64,000 bases of DNA, taken from Escherichia phage AidaStucki_Bas93. Within the stretch, counting starts at the first letter, position 1, and every line of letters starts with the position of its first letter. The notes under the pieces were generated by a model that was given only the letters and a program-made list of their open reading frames with translations, had not been told where the DNA came from and ran no database searches. Shown piece after piece: positions 17,419-26,900 of this stretch. The DNA lies in sequence record PQ850593.1. One strand, 5' to 3'. Position numbers and translations under genes: made by a program.

Positions 17419-18387
17419 ATGGGTGCAGGTGGTTTTCGTAAGAACACTGGTCGCAATAACACCACACTCCCGTACAACGTTGGGTTTCTCAATAATGTAC
17501 AGGACACAGAAACTTATAACGTAGCCGTTTATGATGAACTACAGAAAGTCAGCACAGCTACTAACCAAATGTTCCAAGCTATAGATGAAATTCACGAAGA
17601 GATTGATGTTCGTATCAAAGCTCTTCATGCGATGAATCTACAATTTGATGAGCTTGAGAATAGAATTACTACAGAGATAGAAACAGCTATTGCAGACATT
17701 CAAACACAGATGGGGAACCTCTCCACTGATGATATTTGGGATAACTCTGTTCAACCTCCGGTAAAGCTAGAAAGCACAGTATCTGGCTTTAAGACAAGTA
17801 TTGAAGGTAACACAACTAAAATACAGACTGTCGAAGGTATTGTTAATGATCAAGGTCAAGAGATTGCTTTAGTTCAGACAGAGATTCAAAACATTAATGG
17901 AAGCCTCTCTCAGTATATGAAGCTCTCTGAGTATGAAGCTACGTGGGGTGTTAACTCTACAGTCAACGGAAGATATGCTGGGGTCAAGTTAACTAACAAC
18001 GGAACAAACAGCCAATTCCAAGTAACAGCTAACAAATTTATTGTTGGTGATGGCAACTCTGGTAACACTCCCTTCGTGTTTGAAGGTGGGCGAGCTAGGA
18101 TGGAATTCGCTGACATAAAGAACGTCAATATCACAACAGCTCAGATTGCTAATGCTAGGATTCAGTGGGCACAGATTGATAACGTATCCATCTCCAACGC
18201 CCAAATTCAGAACTTGTCAGCGGATAAAATCACTGCTGGTTCTATGTGGGGTTCTAACTGGAGACTTACTGTTGGGGGTGACTTTGTTATGGGCGGCACA
18301 GGTGGGGCACAATTGTGGATGAATGGGAACAGGATAGACTTCTATGATGGAAGTGGTGCTCTGAGAATTAGGATAGGGAGTTGGTGA
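17419..18387 (+). CDS. tail-associated protein
   Basis: 322 aa from the ATG after ggagg. Coiled coil plus IANARIQWAQIDNVSISNAQIQNLSADKITAG repeats, which are common in tail tip/fiber proteins. Confidence 0.5.
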   Translation: MGAGGFRKNTGRNNTTLPYNVGFLNNVQDTETYNVAVYDELQKVSTATNQMFQAIDEIHEEIDVRIKALHAMNLQFDELENRITTEIETAIADIQTQMGNLSTDDIWDNSVQPPVKLESTVSGFKTSIEGNTTKIQTVEGIVNDQGQEIALVQTEIQNINGSLSQYMKLSEYEATWGVNSTVNGRYAGVKLTNNGTNSQFQVTANKFIVGDGNSGNTPFVFEGGRARMEFADIKNVNITTAQIANARIQWAQIDNVSISNAQIQNLSADKITAGSMWGSNWRLTVGGDFVMGGTGGAQLWMNGNRIDFYDGSGALRIRIGSW

Positions 18388-18388
18388 T

Positions 18389-19408
18389 ATGGCATATGGA
18401 ATATGGTGTCAACCGGTAGGTCCGGGGCCAGCCGCCCCTGCCTCTCTTTTTATAGATAGTAATTTAACATTTCCACAATATCTAGGAGCATACAATATAT
18501 CTCCTTCGTGGAGTGCTAGAAATGCTTCTTTTAACGTAGGCTCTTTTGATGGTCAAGGTGAGTTATTAATTGTCCCGACTAGTAGACTTATTCAAGATTA
18601 TTATGTAGGGACAGATTTAATGCCCAGTTTTAGTTATGTAACAGGTATAGGGACTTCTGGACAAACAGTAAATATTAACATAGAGCCTGCTGGAGCTAGT
18701 GGTAACAATAACAGAAACTTCCCAATGTCTTTCCAAGCATATAAACTCTGGCCTAGAGGTAATAGAAGCTACGGAATAACTTTCTCAAACTCAGCAGATT
18801 TCTTTTCTATCTCTGATAGTGGGGTTGTTGGTCAGTGTGTTTGGGCGTACAGAGGGGCTGTAGGAGACGGTTTTACTGTCCCTAATGCTGGCCCCAACGC
18901 TCTAGTATTTGCCAACTGGAATCAGGGTGGGGTGTGTGCTTCTTACAACGCAAGCAACGGTCAAATGATCATAACCCACGATAGATCAAACCAGTCTGGC
19001 AGTAACAGAGGTGCAGTAATATATGATATGAGAATTGCTGTTTTTGCTAGTGGTGTGGGTGTACCAGAACATAATGGAGGTCTGAATATATACTCTCCCG
19101 GAACTACAACTTGTGTATTCTCTACTTACAGGACTCCGTTTGCTATCAGCAGGTTCTTCCCATCTAGTGGGGGTTATACAGGTCTAGGCATTCCTATGAT
19201 GTGTATGAATGTCACTAATGGAGCCATAACAGCGCAAGGTGGTGGATGGATGTGGGTTCATGAAAGATCTCATACAATGAGTGGTACGTCAGTAGGAACA
19301 GGCTTTGGCCCACTCGTGGCTAACTGGACTGACCGATACCCAATCAACGTTAACATAAACCTAGGATTCAATTACCCAATGTTGGAAGGTTCTTTAATTT
19401 ATGCATAA
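18389..19408 (+). CDS. hypothetical virion protein
   Basis: 339 aa. Translationally coupled to the neighbouring tail genes. No motif recognised. Confidence 0.4.
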   Translation: MAYGIWCQPVGPGPAAPASLFIDSNLTFPQYLGAYNISPSWSARNASFNVGSFDGQGELLIVPTSRLIQDYYVGTDLMPSFSYVTGIGTSGQTVNINIEPAGASGNNNRNFPMSFQAYKLWPRGNRSYGITFSNSADFFSISDSGVVGQCVWAYRGAVGDGFTVPNAGPNALVFANWNQGGVCASYNASNGQMIITHDRSNQSGSNRGAVIYDMRIAVFASGVGVPEHNGGLNIYSPGTTTCVFSTYRTPFAISRFFPSSGGYTGLGIPMMCMNVTNGAITAQGGGWMWVHERSHTMSGTSVGTGFGPLVANWTDRYPINVNINLGFNYPMLEGSLIYA

Positions 19409-19417
19409 GGAGATATT

Positions 19418-20200
19418 ATGGCAATTAGAATGGGTATCGAAGAACTAGACCCAATGGTGCAACAGGCTTCAAAGAAGTATGGAATACCAGCTGCTTTGAT
19501 TCATGCTGTAATCCAAAGGGAGTCTAGTGGTCGTCCTACGGTGGCCTCTGGAACTGGTCCTGTAGGTTTAATGCAGATCAGTAAAGGAGTAGCCAAAGAT
19601 TATGGTTACAAACTAGAAGATAGACTTGACCCGGCAAAGAACATTGATATGGGTGCTCGTTACATCAGAGACAATCTGAAAGCTTTTAATGGTGATGTTA
19701 AGAAAGCGATGGTTGGTTATTCAGAAGGTATTAGTGGTGCTAAGCAGATGTTCGCTGGTAAAAGAGGTTTTACTTCTCAGGCTCTTGACTCAATGAATAA
19801 CAAACACTTTCTCCCTTTCTATGGTGACGCATCTTCTCAGATTGCTAACCCTATTGGAGCTTTACAAGCTGTTCAGCCCGTCAACCAGTTCAGTTCGGGC
19901 TATTTAGATAGAGAGAAGGCTGCACAAGCTCCAACCCAGGCAGAGATTGCTGCTTCTAAGACAGGTGCTTTAGGCGGTAATCCTGTAGGGTTTTACTCTG
20001 ATGAAGTGCAGGAAGGTGAAGACCAGAAGCCCCAACAGAACTTTGGTAATGCAGTATTAGGGTTGGCTGCTATGCTTGCTGGTAAACCTCCTACCTCTCA
20101 AACAGTTCAGAGGGCAAGTGCACCTCATGCAGCAGGTTCTCAGTACAGCCCACAAACACAAGCAGTGCTTAGACGTCTGGCTAGCATTGGTGTTAAGTAA
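19418..20200 (+). CDS. internal virion protein with lytic transglycosylase (SLT) domain
   Basis: 260 aa. Carries VIQRESSGRP...GLMQIS, the SLT catalytic Glu-Ser motif and GLMQ box. Confidence 0.8.
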   Translation: MAIRMGIEELDPMVQQASKKYGIPAALIHAVIQRESSGRPTVASGTGPVGLMQISKGVAKDYGYKLEDRLDPAKNIDMGARYIRDNLKAFNGDVKKAMVGYSEGISGAKQMFAGKRGFTSQALDSMNNKHFLPFYGDASSQIANPIGALQAVQPVNQFSSGYLDREKAAQAPTQAEIAASKTGALGGNPVGFYSDEVQEGEDQKPQQNFGNAVLGLAAMLAGKPPTSQTVQRASAPHAAGSQYSPQTQAVLRRLASIGVK

Positions 20201-20219
20201 TAATCGTTAAGGAGGACTT

Positions 20220-21272
20220 ATGTCTTTATTTGGAAAATCAGCTTCTAGCAAAACCACAGTGGCTCCTTCCTCTCAGGTTGATGCCCTGCTGAAGCAGATT
20301 GTTGCTAATGCTCAGAATATGCAGAACAACGATCAGGGATTCATTTCCCAACAGCTGGCTGGGTTTAATGGCAACCAACAAGGTGCTCTGAACAACTTGG
20401 CAGCTTCTACTACTCAAAAGCAATTGGCTGATATGTACACACCTCGTACACAGCAAGGGCTAGACCAACTGAATTCTCTTGCCCAGCAGTATCAGAATAT
20501 TGTTAATGGTGGTGGCCTGACTGCTGACGGTGTTAATAACTTTAGTAGAGGTTTAAACAACTCAGCTCTTGCTCAAGCTACCAGTAAAGCAGCTTCCAAT
20601 GTATCTCTTGGAAATGGTTCTGACTCAGGATCTCTTCGTAGAGCTGCTGCTCAGGGTGCTGCTCTTAATGGTGCTAATACAAATCTCTCTCGTACCATCA
20701 ATGGTAAGAACATGGGAATTAGTGCTCTTCAACAAGATCAAAACTTCCAGAGAGGTTTGCTTGGTGCTCAGTCTGGTTTAGCTGGACAGAACCTCAATCT
20801 CGGTGCACAAGGTGTTCAGGCAACTCAGCAAGCTATCCAGAATCAACTCATGGCTGGTAATTTACAACAGCAACAAGCTCAAGATCAAGCAGATATCAAT
20901 TGGCAGAATACTATTGGTTCTCGGCAGTATGGGTGGAATCAGCTTAATAATCAGCTTAATGTATTAAACAGTGTAAGCCCGATGGCTGGATATACGATTA
21001 AGAATGCTGCTCCGGGTATCAATACAGGACAACAGCTCCTAGGTGCTGGTATTACTGGTTTAGGTATTGCAGGTCGTTTGGGTGCTTTCTCTCCTGACCA
21101 ACAGACTCAGAATGCTTGGAGTTCCTATAACAATTCAGGCGGGCAATCTGGAATGGCTGGTCCTATGATTGGGGGTTCTAATCTTTCTCAACAGAAAGGT
21201 CAGTCTAACTGGTTATCCACAATGGGTAATAATATCTTAGGTGGTGTCTTAGGGGCATTCGGAGCAAACTAA
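20220..21272 (+). CDS. Q/N/G-rich internal virion protein, paralog A
   Basis: 350 aa. The N-terminus MSLFGKSASSKTT and GFNGNQQGALNNLA are shared with the next gene. Confidence 0.5.
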   Translation: MSLFGKSASSKTTVAPSSQVDALLKQIVANAQNMQNNDQGFISQQLAGFNGNQQGALNNLAASTTQKQLADMYTPRTQQGLDQLNSLAQQYQNIVNGGGLTADGVNNFSRGLNNSALAQATSKAASNVSLGNGSDSGSLRRAAAQGAALNGANTNLSRTINGKNMGISALQQDQNFQRGLLGAQSGLAGQNLNLGAQGVQATQQAIQNQLMAGNLQQQQAQDQADINWQNTIGSRQYGWNQLNNQLNVLNSVSPMAGYTIKNAAPGINTGQQLLGAGITGLGIAGRLGAFSPDQQTQNAWSSYNNSGGQSGMAGPMIGGSNLSQQKGQSNWLSTMGNNILGGVLGAFGAN

Positions 21273-21284
21273 AGGAGATTTGAT

Positions 21285-22253
21285 ATGGCTTTATTTGGAG
21301 GAGGGAATAGTAAAACTACTTCCCAAATGATTCGCCCTGAATACATTCAACAGTATATTGACCAGCTTAACCAACTGATTGGTAATACTAGTTCAGGGGA
21401 TTATGTTTATCGTGACAATGTAGGGTTTAATAATAACCAGACAGAAGCTCTTAACAACTTAGCACAATCTGGTGCTCTAGGGACTCTCTCGCAGCAATAT
21501 ATGGATGCAGCAGGTCAAGGGTTAGGTTATCTGGATAATGCCTATAAAGGTTATCAGAGCCTTTCTGGACAAGGCGGAGTTACTGGAGAACAGATTGGTG
21601 CTCTTGCTGGTCAACTATATGATGACGATGCTGTGCAAGCAGCTATTACAGCTAATAATGAACAAGTTCAACAAAACCTAGCACGTAATGCTCTTCCTCA
21701 GCTAGCTCAACAATATGCTGGTCAGCAGGGTTCAGGTGCTCGTATGGCTAAATCTTTTGCTCAAGGCGATGCTCTGAATCAGATGCAAGGACAAGCAACA
21801 GATATTACCAACAGTGCCTATAATTCGGCTATCAGTCAAGCTGAAAGCATTCTCTCTGGTAATAGACAGAATCAGGCAGCTGCTCTCTCAGGTCTTTCCA
21901 ATATTGGTTCTAACCTTTCTAACTTAGGTCAGCAAGGTGCTAATTTGTCTCAACAGCAAATGTTGAATCAATGGAATGCAGGGTTGCAGCAACAACAGCA
22001 ACAACAGAATGAATATGATAATGCCTACCAGAATGCCCAGAATGCAGCTAACTGGGGATGGCAGGATATCAATAACCAACTCGGTGCAGCAGGTGTACTT
22101 AACGGTGCTCTTGGACAAACTACAACTACCAAAACATCTGGTGGTGGCGGTGGCTTCTTAGGTGGAGCTATGAGTGGTGCAGCGGCAGGTTCTTCCTTTG
22201 GACCTTGGGGTGCATTGGCAGGGGGCGTAATCGGTGGGTTGGCTAGTAATTAA
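21285..22253 (+). CDS. Q/N/G-rich internal virion protein, paralog B
   Basis: 322 aa. Carries MALFGGGNSKTT and GFNNNQTEALNNLA. The C-terminus is a glycine-zipper hydrophobic tail (GGGGFLGGAMSGAAAG...GGVIGGLA). Confidence 0.5.
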   Translation: MALFGGGNSKTTSQMIRPEYIQQYIDQLNQLIGNTSSGDYVYRDNVGFNNNQTEALNNLAQSGALGTLSQQYMDAAGQGLGYLDNAYKGYQSLSGQGGVTGEQIGALAGQLYDDDAVQAAITANNEQVQQNLARNALPQLAQQYAGQQGSGARMAKSFAQGDALNQMQGQATDITNSAYNSAISQAESILSGNRQNQAAALSGLSNIGSNLSNLGQQGANLSQQQMLNQWNAGLQQQQQQQNEYDNAYQNAQNAANWGWQDINNQLGAAGVLNGALGQTTTTKTSGGGGGFLGGAMSGAAAGSSFGPWGALAGGVIGGLASN

Positions 22254-22266
22254 TTAGGAGACAAAT

Positions 22267-23922
22267 ATGCAACAGACAACTTACGCTCAGGTCAGAAGTC
22301 GTGACCCGAGAAATACTTTCTATGGTGTTAATCCGGGAGCGGCTTCGGCCTCTCCTTATATGGCTAGACCTATTCAGACAGCAGATGTTTCTATGTACCG
22401 ACGTCCTTCTGTACCTCCATCTCTCGCAGGTCTTATCTCTCAGGCAGAAGAAGATCAGAATGCTATGGTGAATCCGGGATTCCAGCAACGTCTTATGGAA
22501 CAACAGAATCGAGGAACCCCAACAAGTCTTCAGGGTATTGATATTGGAGCACCAGCCCCTGTAGCAGCTAATCCTAATTTATCCACTGATCAGGGTTTAC
22601 AAGATGCTGGACTTATGCCTAGCGACCCTCTTCCGGTAACGCCTCCTACTAAACCGCTAGAAGATGGCCCTATGGAGTTTACTCCTTCTCAAGTGGAACA
22701 GGCACAAGGTGTTGTTACTACTCTTGCTCAAGGTCAGGACACTGGAGACGGAATGGCTGGGGCTACTCGTATTAAAGATCAGGAACGTGTTAATAATGAT
22801 ATCATGCAAATTGCTAAAGCTAAAGACCCTTCCGAAGCTTGGAATAAACTACAGAAAGAACCTTTCTATCAGAATTCCAGTTTCTATACAGGTTTGATGG
22901 GTGTAGGTCTTTCTATCATGTCAGGTAAATCTCCTATCGAAGCATTCCAAATTGGTCAGGGAATGGCTAATCAAGATGAGACTAAGAAGCAACTAGAAGC
23001 TAACCGTGATGCTCTGATTGAACAAGGTTTCTCTCAAGATTCAATTGCAGCTGCTATTGCTAACGGAGATCCATCTCTTCTGAAGATGAAAGCTGTAGAC
23101 CCTGCTCAGAAAGAAGCGTTGTATGCTGCTCGTGAAGAACGACAGAATGCTGAATGGGACAGACGTCAACAGATTCAAGAGCAGACTATGCGTGAGCGTG
23201 CTGAGGAAACTCGTCGTGCCGCTGAAGAAAGGGCTAATATGAACTTTGAACGTCAGAAAGAGTTGATTGGATATCGTGATCAAGTTAAGGCTGAACGTGC
23301 CGAACAAGCTGCTCAGAGTTTTAACTTTAACCCGAAAGAAGTTCGTCTTGCTCAGAATACAGCTGAAGGTACGGTTGCTAAGCAGTGGGCAGAGAAAGGT
23401 GGCCTGTTTAACCAGTCTAACAAAGACTTGGATTTGGCTGACAAAGCAGTTAAAGATAAAGATTATCAGACAGCTCGTTCTGCTTACATGCAGGCTATTA
23501 TGAACTCCGCAAGGGCTGAAATCGGTGCTACTCGTTCTCTTACCGAAGAAGACTTGGGGCACTTTGCAGAAGACCCATCAATCTTCATTCGTGTTGGCAA
23601 CAAGTTTGCACTGAAATCTGGATGGCGTCCTACTGATTCTGCTCTTGCTTATGCTCGTAAGCAAGCTAACGTTGGTCACACCTCTGCAATGAAAGGTGTT
23701 GCTGATGCTAAGAGAGCTACGATTGAAGCTTACATCGGTTCTGGTATGGATAAGAAGAGAGCTACTGCATTGGTTAACCGTGCAATCCCTTCTGGCGGTT
23801 TCTATGATCCTCTCGGTGTTTTCTCTGAGGAAGCAGAAGAGGCAGTTGGTGGTGCAGCAACCAATCCTAAACTGAATGGTGCTTTATCAGCTGTTGAAGA
23901 CACTAGCTGGTTCACTGAGTAA
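22267..23922 (+). CDS. internal virion/ejection protein (putative)
   Basis: 551 aa. Assigned by position within the internal-protein block. Charged helical middle region. Confidence 0.4.
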   Translation: MQQTTYAQVRSRDPRNTFYGVNPGAASASPYMARPIQTADVSMYRRPSVPPSLAGLISQAEEDQNAMVNPGFQQRLMEQQNRGTPTSLQGIDIGAPAPVAANPNLSTDQGLQDAGLMPSDPLPVTPPTKPLEDGPMEFTPSQVEQAQGVVTTLAQGQDTGDGMAGATRIKDQERVNNDIMQIAKAKDPSEAWNKLQKEPFYQNSSFYTGLMGVGLSIMSGKSPIEAFQIGQGMANQDETKKQLEANRDALIEQGFSQDSIAAAIANGDPSLLKMKAVDPAQKEALYAAREERQNAEWDRRQQIQEQTMRERAEETRRAAEERANMNFERQKELIGYRDQVKAERAEQAAQSFNFNPKEVRLAQNTAEGTVAKQWAEKGGLFNQSNKDLDLADKAVKDKDYQTARSAYMQAIMNSARAEIGATRSLTEEDLGHFAEDPSIFIRVGNKFALKSGWRPTDSALAYARKQANVGHTSAMKGVADAKRATIEAYIGSGMDKKRATALVNRAIPSGGFYDPLGVFSEEAEEAVGGAATNPKLNGALSAVEDTSWFTE

Positions 23923-23942
23923 GACCTAAGTCCTGCCTTCCA

Positions 23943-23951
23943 TAATGTATA
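23943..23951 (+). promoter_or_regulatory. TAATGTATA element (phage-sigma-type promoter)
   Basis: Exact match 39 nt upstream of the ATG at 23990. Confidence 0.6.
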
Positions 23952-23989
23952 TAGGAGGTAGGACATTTTTATTTATAAAAGGAGACGTT

Positions 23990-26900
23990 ATGGCTAACAT
24001 TAAACCGTGGGAAGAAGCTTCCAAAGCTCCTGCGTATCTGAATGCCTCTCCGGAGCAACAGGCTCAAATGAGAGAACAATATAAGGCAGCAGGTGGCTTT
24101 ATTCCTGAGGAACAACCAGTAGCACAACCACAACAAGAAGAACGTGGTGTTATAGGTGAGTTTGCTCAAGGTGTGTCAAATGCTCTTCAATCTGGTGGTG
24201 CAAACATTGCAGCTAGTGCTGCTAAAGGTATTGGTGGTTTAGTTGAGATTGGTGAAGACCTAATTGGAGCACAAACTAGTTATGGTAAGCGTATCCAAGA
24301 GAACTCTCAGAACCTTCTGAAAGAACGTATGGATAAGATTGAGGATGGGATTGGTAAAACTGCTGGGCAATATGCTGGGGTTGTTGGTGATATTGGTTTG
24401 ACAGTTACTAATCCGTTAGCTGCCGCTGCTATCATCGCAGGTCGTGAGACAGGTCGTGCATATGCGGATCAAACCCCTGAAGAGGGAGAAGACAAGTCTG
24501 TTCTGGATGCAGCCTTAGTTGGTGGTGCTAACTATGCAGCTCAGAGAATTCTTCCGGGTGCTGTTGGTACAGCTGAATCTACACTTGGTCGTATCGGTCA
24601 GAACGTTGTTACTAACGCAGTGGCTGGTGCTAAAGGCGGTGCTCTTGTAGGTGCTGCTGAAGCTCAGAACAAATATGGTGATGACACAACCTTTGCTAAT
24701 GTCTTAGAAGGCGCTATTGAAGAAGGTGCTATTGGTGCTGCATTCGGTGGTGCAGTGGGTGGTGTTCACGGTTTGATCAGCCGTCCAGATTCTGCTGTCT
24801 TCAAGAATACTCCAGAATATGCAAAGACTGACATTGCTGCTGACGATGAGCTGATTCGTAGTGCTAAGACTGTTGATGAACTGAAAGAAGCCTACTCTAA
24901 AGCTGAAACTGCTAACGCCGCTTCCGCTCTTAATCTTCTGGATGAGAATGGATTCCGTATTACTGATGCTGTTGCTGTAGATTCTCCTGCTGCTCAGCGT
25001 ATTCTTAATACAGACCAAGCTCGTGCTGAGAAAGCTGCTTCTGTTCAGAAAGAACATTCTAATATTCCGGGCCTTAATCCTTTGGCTTCTCCTGCTAAGA
25101 CTCGTGGTAAAGCATTCGCTGATAATGAGCACAACCAGAAGCAAGCTGTTGCTATGAAAGATGCAATGGCTGACTACACCAAGGATAACACGAAAGCTCT
25201 TACAGATGTTCTAGATAACCTAGACCGTGAATTAACTGCTTACCGAGCTGCTGATGATTTTACTGGCAATCCACTTGATGTCAAGAATCGCACACAAGCT
25301 GACCGTGACTTCGTTGATGCTTATAAGACTTTCTATAATGAAGCAAATCGATTCAAAGCTCGTGATGGTGAAGACTTTAACAACTTTGTAGAGAAAGCTA
25401 CTGAGCTACGGAAGATGGCTGATAACGTTTCTCCAGAGATGAAGAAAGCTATTAGTGGGTTGAAGAAACTGAAAGGTATGCCTGAAGGTTTTAACCCTAT
25501 TCAAGATGCTTATACTCTGAACAATGCAGCTAAGTTCATGAGCAACCAAGACCGTGGTTGGACTTCCCTGACCGATGATGGATTCCGTGAGGCTTCTTCT
25601 CCTAGTCTGGTTATGAACACACTCGGTGCTGCTAAGTATGCTCTGAATCGCTTCTCTTCTCAGCGTGCTCGCTCTCAACGTGTTAAGCAACAAGAAGCTA
25701 ACAGCGAAGCTATCCGCTCTCTGGCTCGTGGTGATTTGGAAGTTGCTCGTGCTAAATCTACTGCTGATGAAGCTCGTGCTAAAATGGAAGAAGAACCAGT
25801 TGTTGATGACATTAAATTTAAGACGCAAAATGACGTGGAAACCGAACCGGTTCGGGAGCCTTCTTCTAGTACTGTGACGGAAGAAAATCTTCCTTCTTCC
25901 ACTCCTCAAGAAGCCCCTCTTACAGCTCGCGATTTAGTTGCTCAAAGACGTGCAGTTAAGCAGGCAGAACAGCGTCGTGCTCAAGAAGAGGCCGCACAGG
26001 CTCCAGAACCCACTGTAGAGGAACCAACAGTCAAAGCCGAGCCATTACCTGCCCGTGCTCCTAAAGCTCCTAAGGAGTCTATACAGGACGTTAAACCGGC
26101 AAGTGGTGTAGAACGTTTAGCTGCCATGTCTAGTGCTGCTCGTCAGGCTACTATAGATCGTGCAGAACGTTTTGCTCGTTCTCTGTACTCTCAGACTGCT
26201 AAGGCTAAGGCCACTGCTGAAAACTTCTTGGCTTACAAGGGAAGTTATAGGGAGTTGATGCGTCGGATTCGTCAGGAAGATAATGCTATCAACACTGAGC
26301 GTCATGAAGAGATGGCTCGTAATCAGCTAGCTTCTCAGCAAGGTATTGCTACTGCTAAGAACAACACTGTACGAACTAACTTTGCTGAATGGGTTAAGGA
26401 ACGTGGTCTGCCAGAAGACATTGCTACTAAGGCATTACGTGCTGAAGAGAAGGGTTTAGGTGGGAACGTGACTAACTTAGATAGTCTGAAACGTCGTGCT
26501 GAAAGGTTGTATCAGAAGCAGCGTGAGGATGAGTTTGATAGACTGTATCAACAGGCTCTGGAAGAGAATAAAGCTTTTGATAAGAAGAATGCTCCTAAAC
26601 TGGCTGACCAGAAGAAAGAGCTTCAATCTGAGATTGACACTTTGATTGATTCAGAACCTTTACGTCCTGCTCAGAAAGATGCTGTGCGTAAACTGATGAA
26701 TGACTTTGTAGATGAGAAGTTTAAATCTTCAGAGAAGGCTGGTAGGGAAGAAGCTTTGGAAGTAGGTCAGATGAAGGATATTTGGGATGGGTTTATTAAC
26801 ACCTATAACAGAGAAGTGAATGCCTTCAACAAAGCTAACAAGAACTCTCAGTATGAGGCTGCTGCTAAACACTTGCAGGCTCGTGAGGAGCGTCTTATCT

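Noticed and set aside
23041-23562. A 173-aa antisense ORF inside the 551-aa internal protein gene. Similar antisense ORFs lie at 24704-25144, 25406-25909 and 27173-27475 inside the giant gene.
   Set aside because: The genes opposite are charged and repetitive (GAA/AAG-rich), which leaves long stop-free antisense frames. There are no start contexts and the products would be Leu/Phe/Ser-rich junk.
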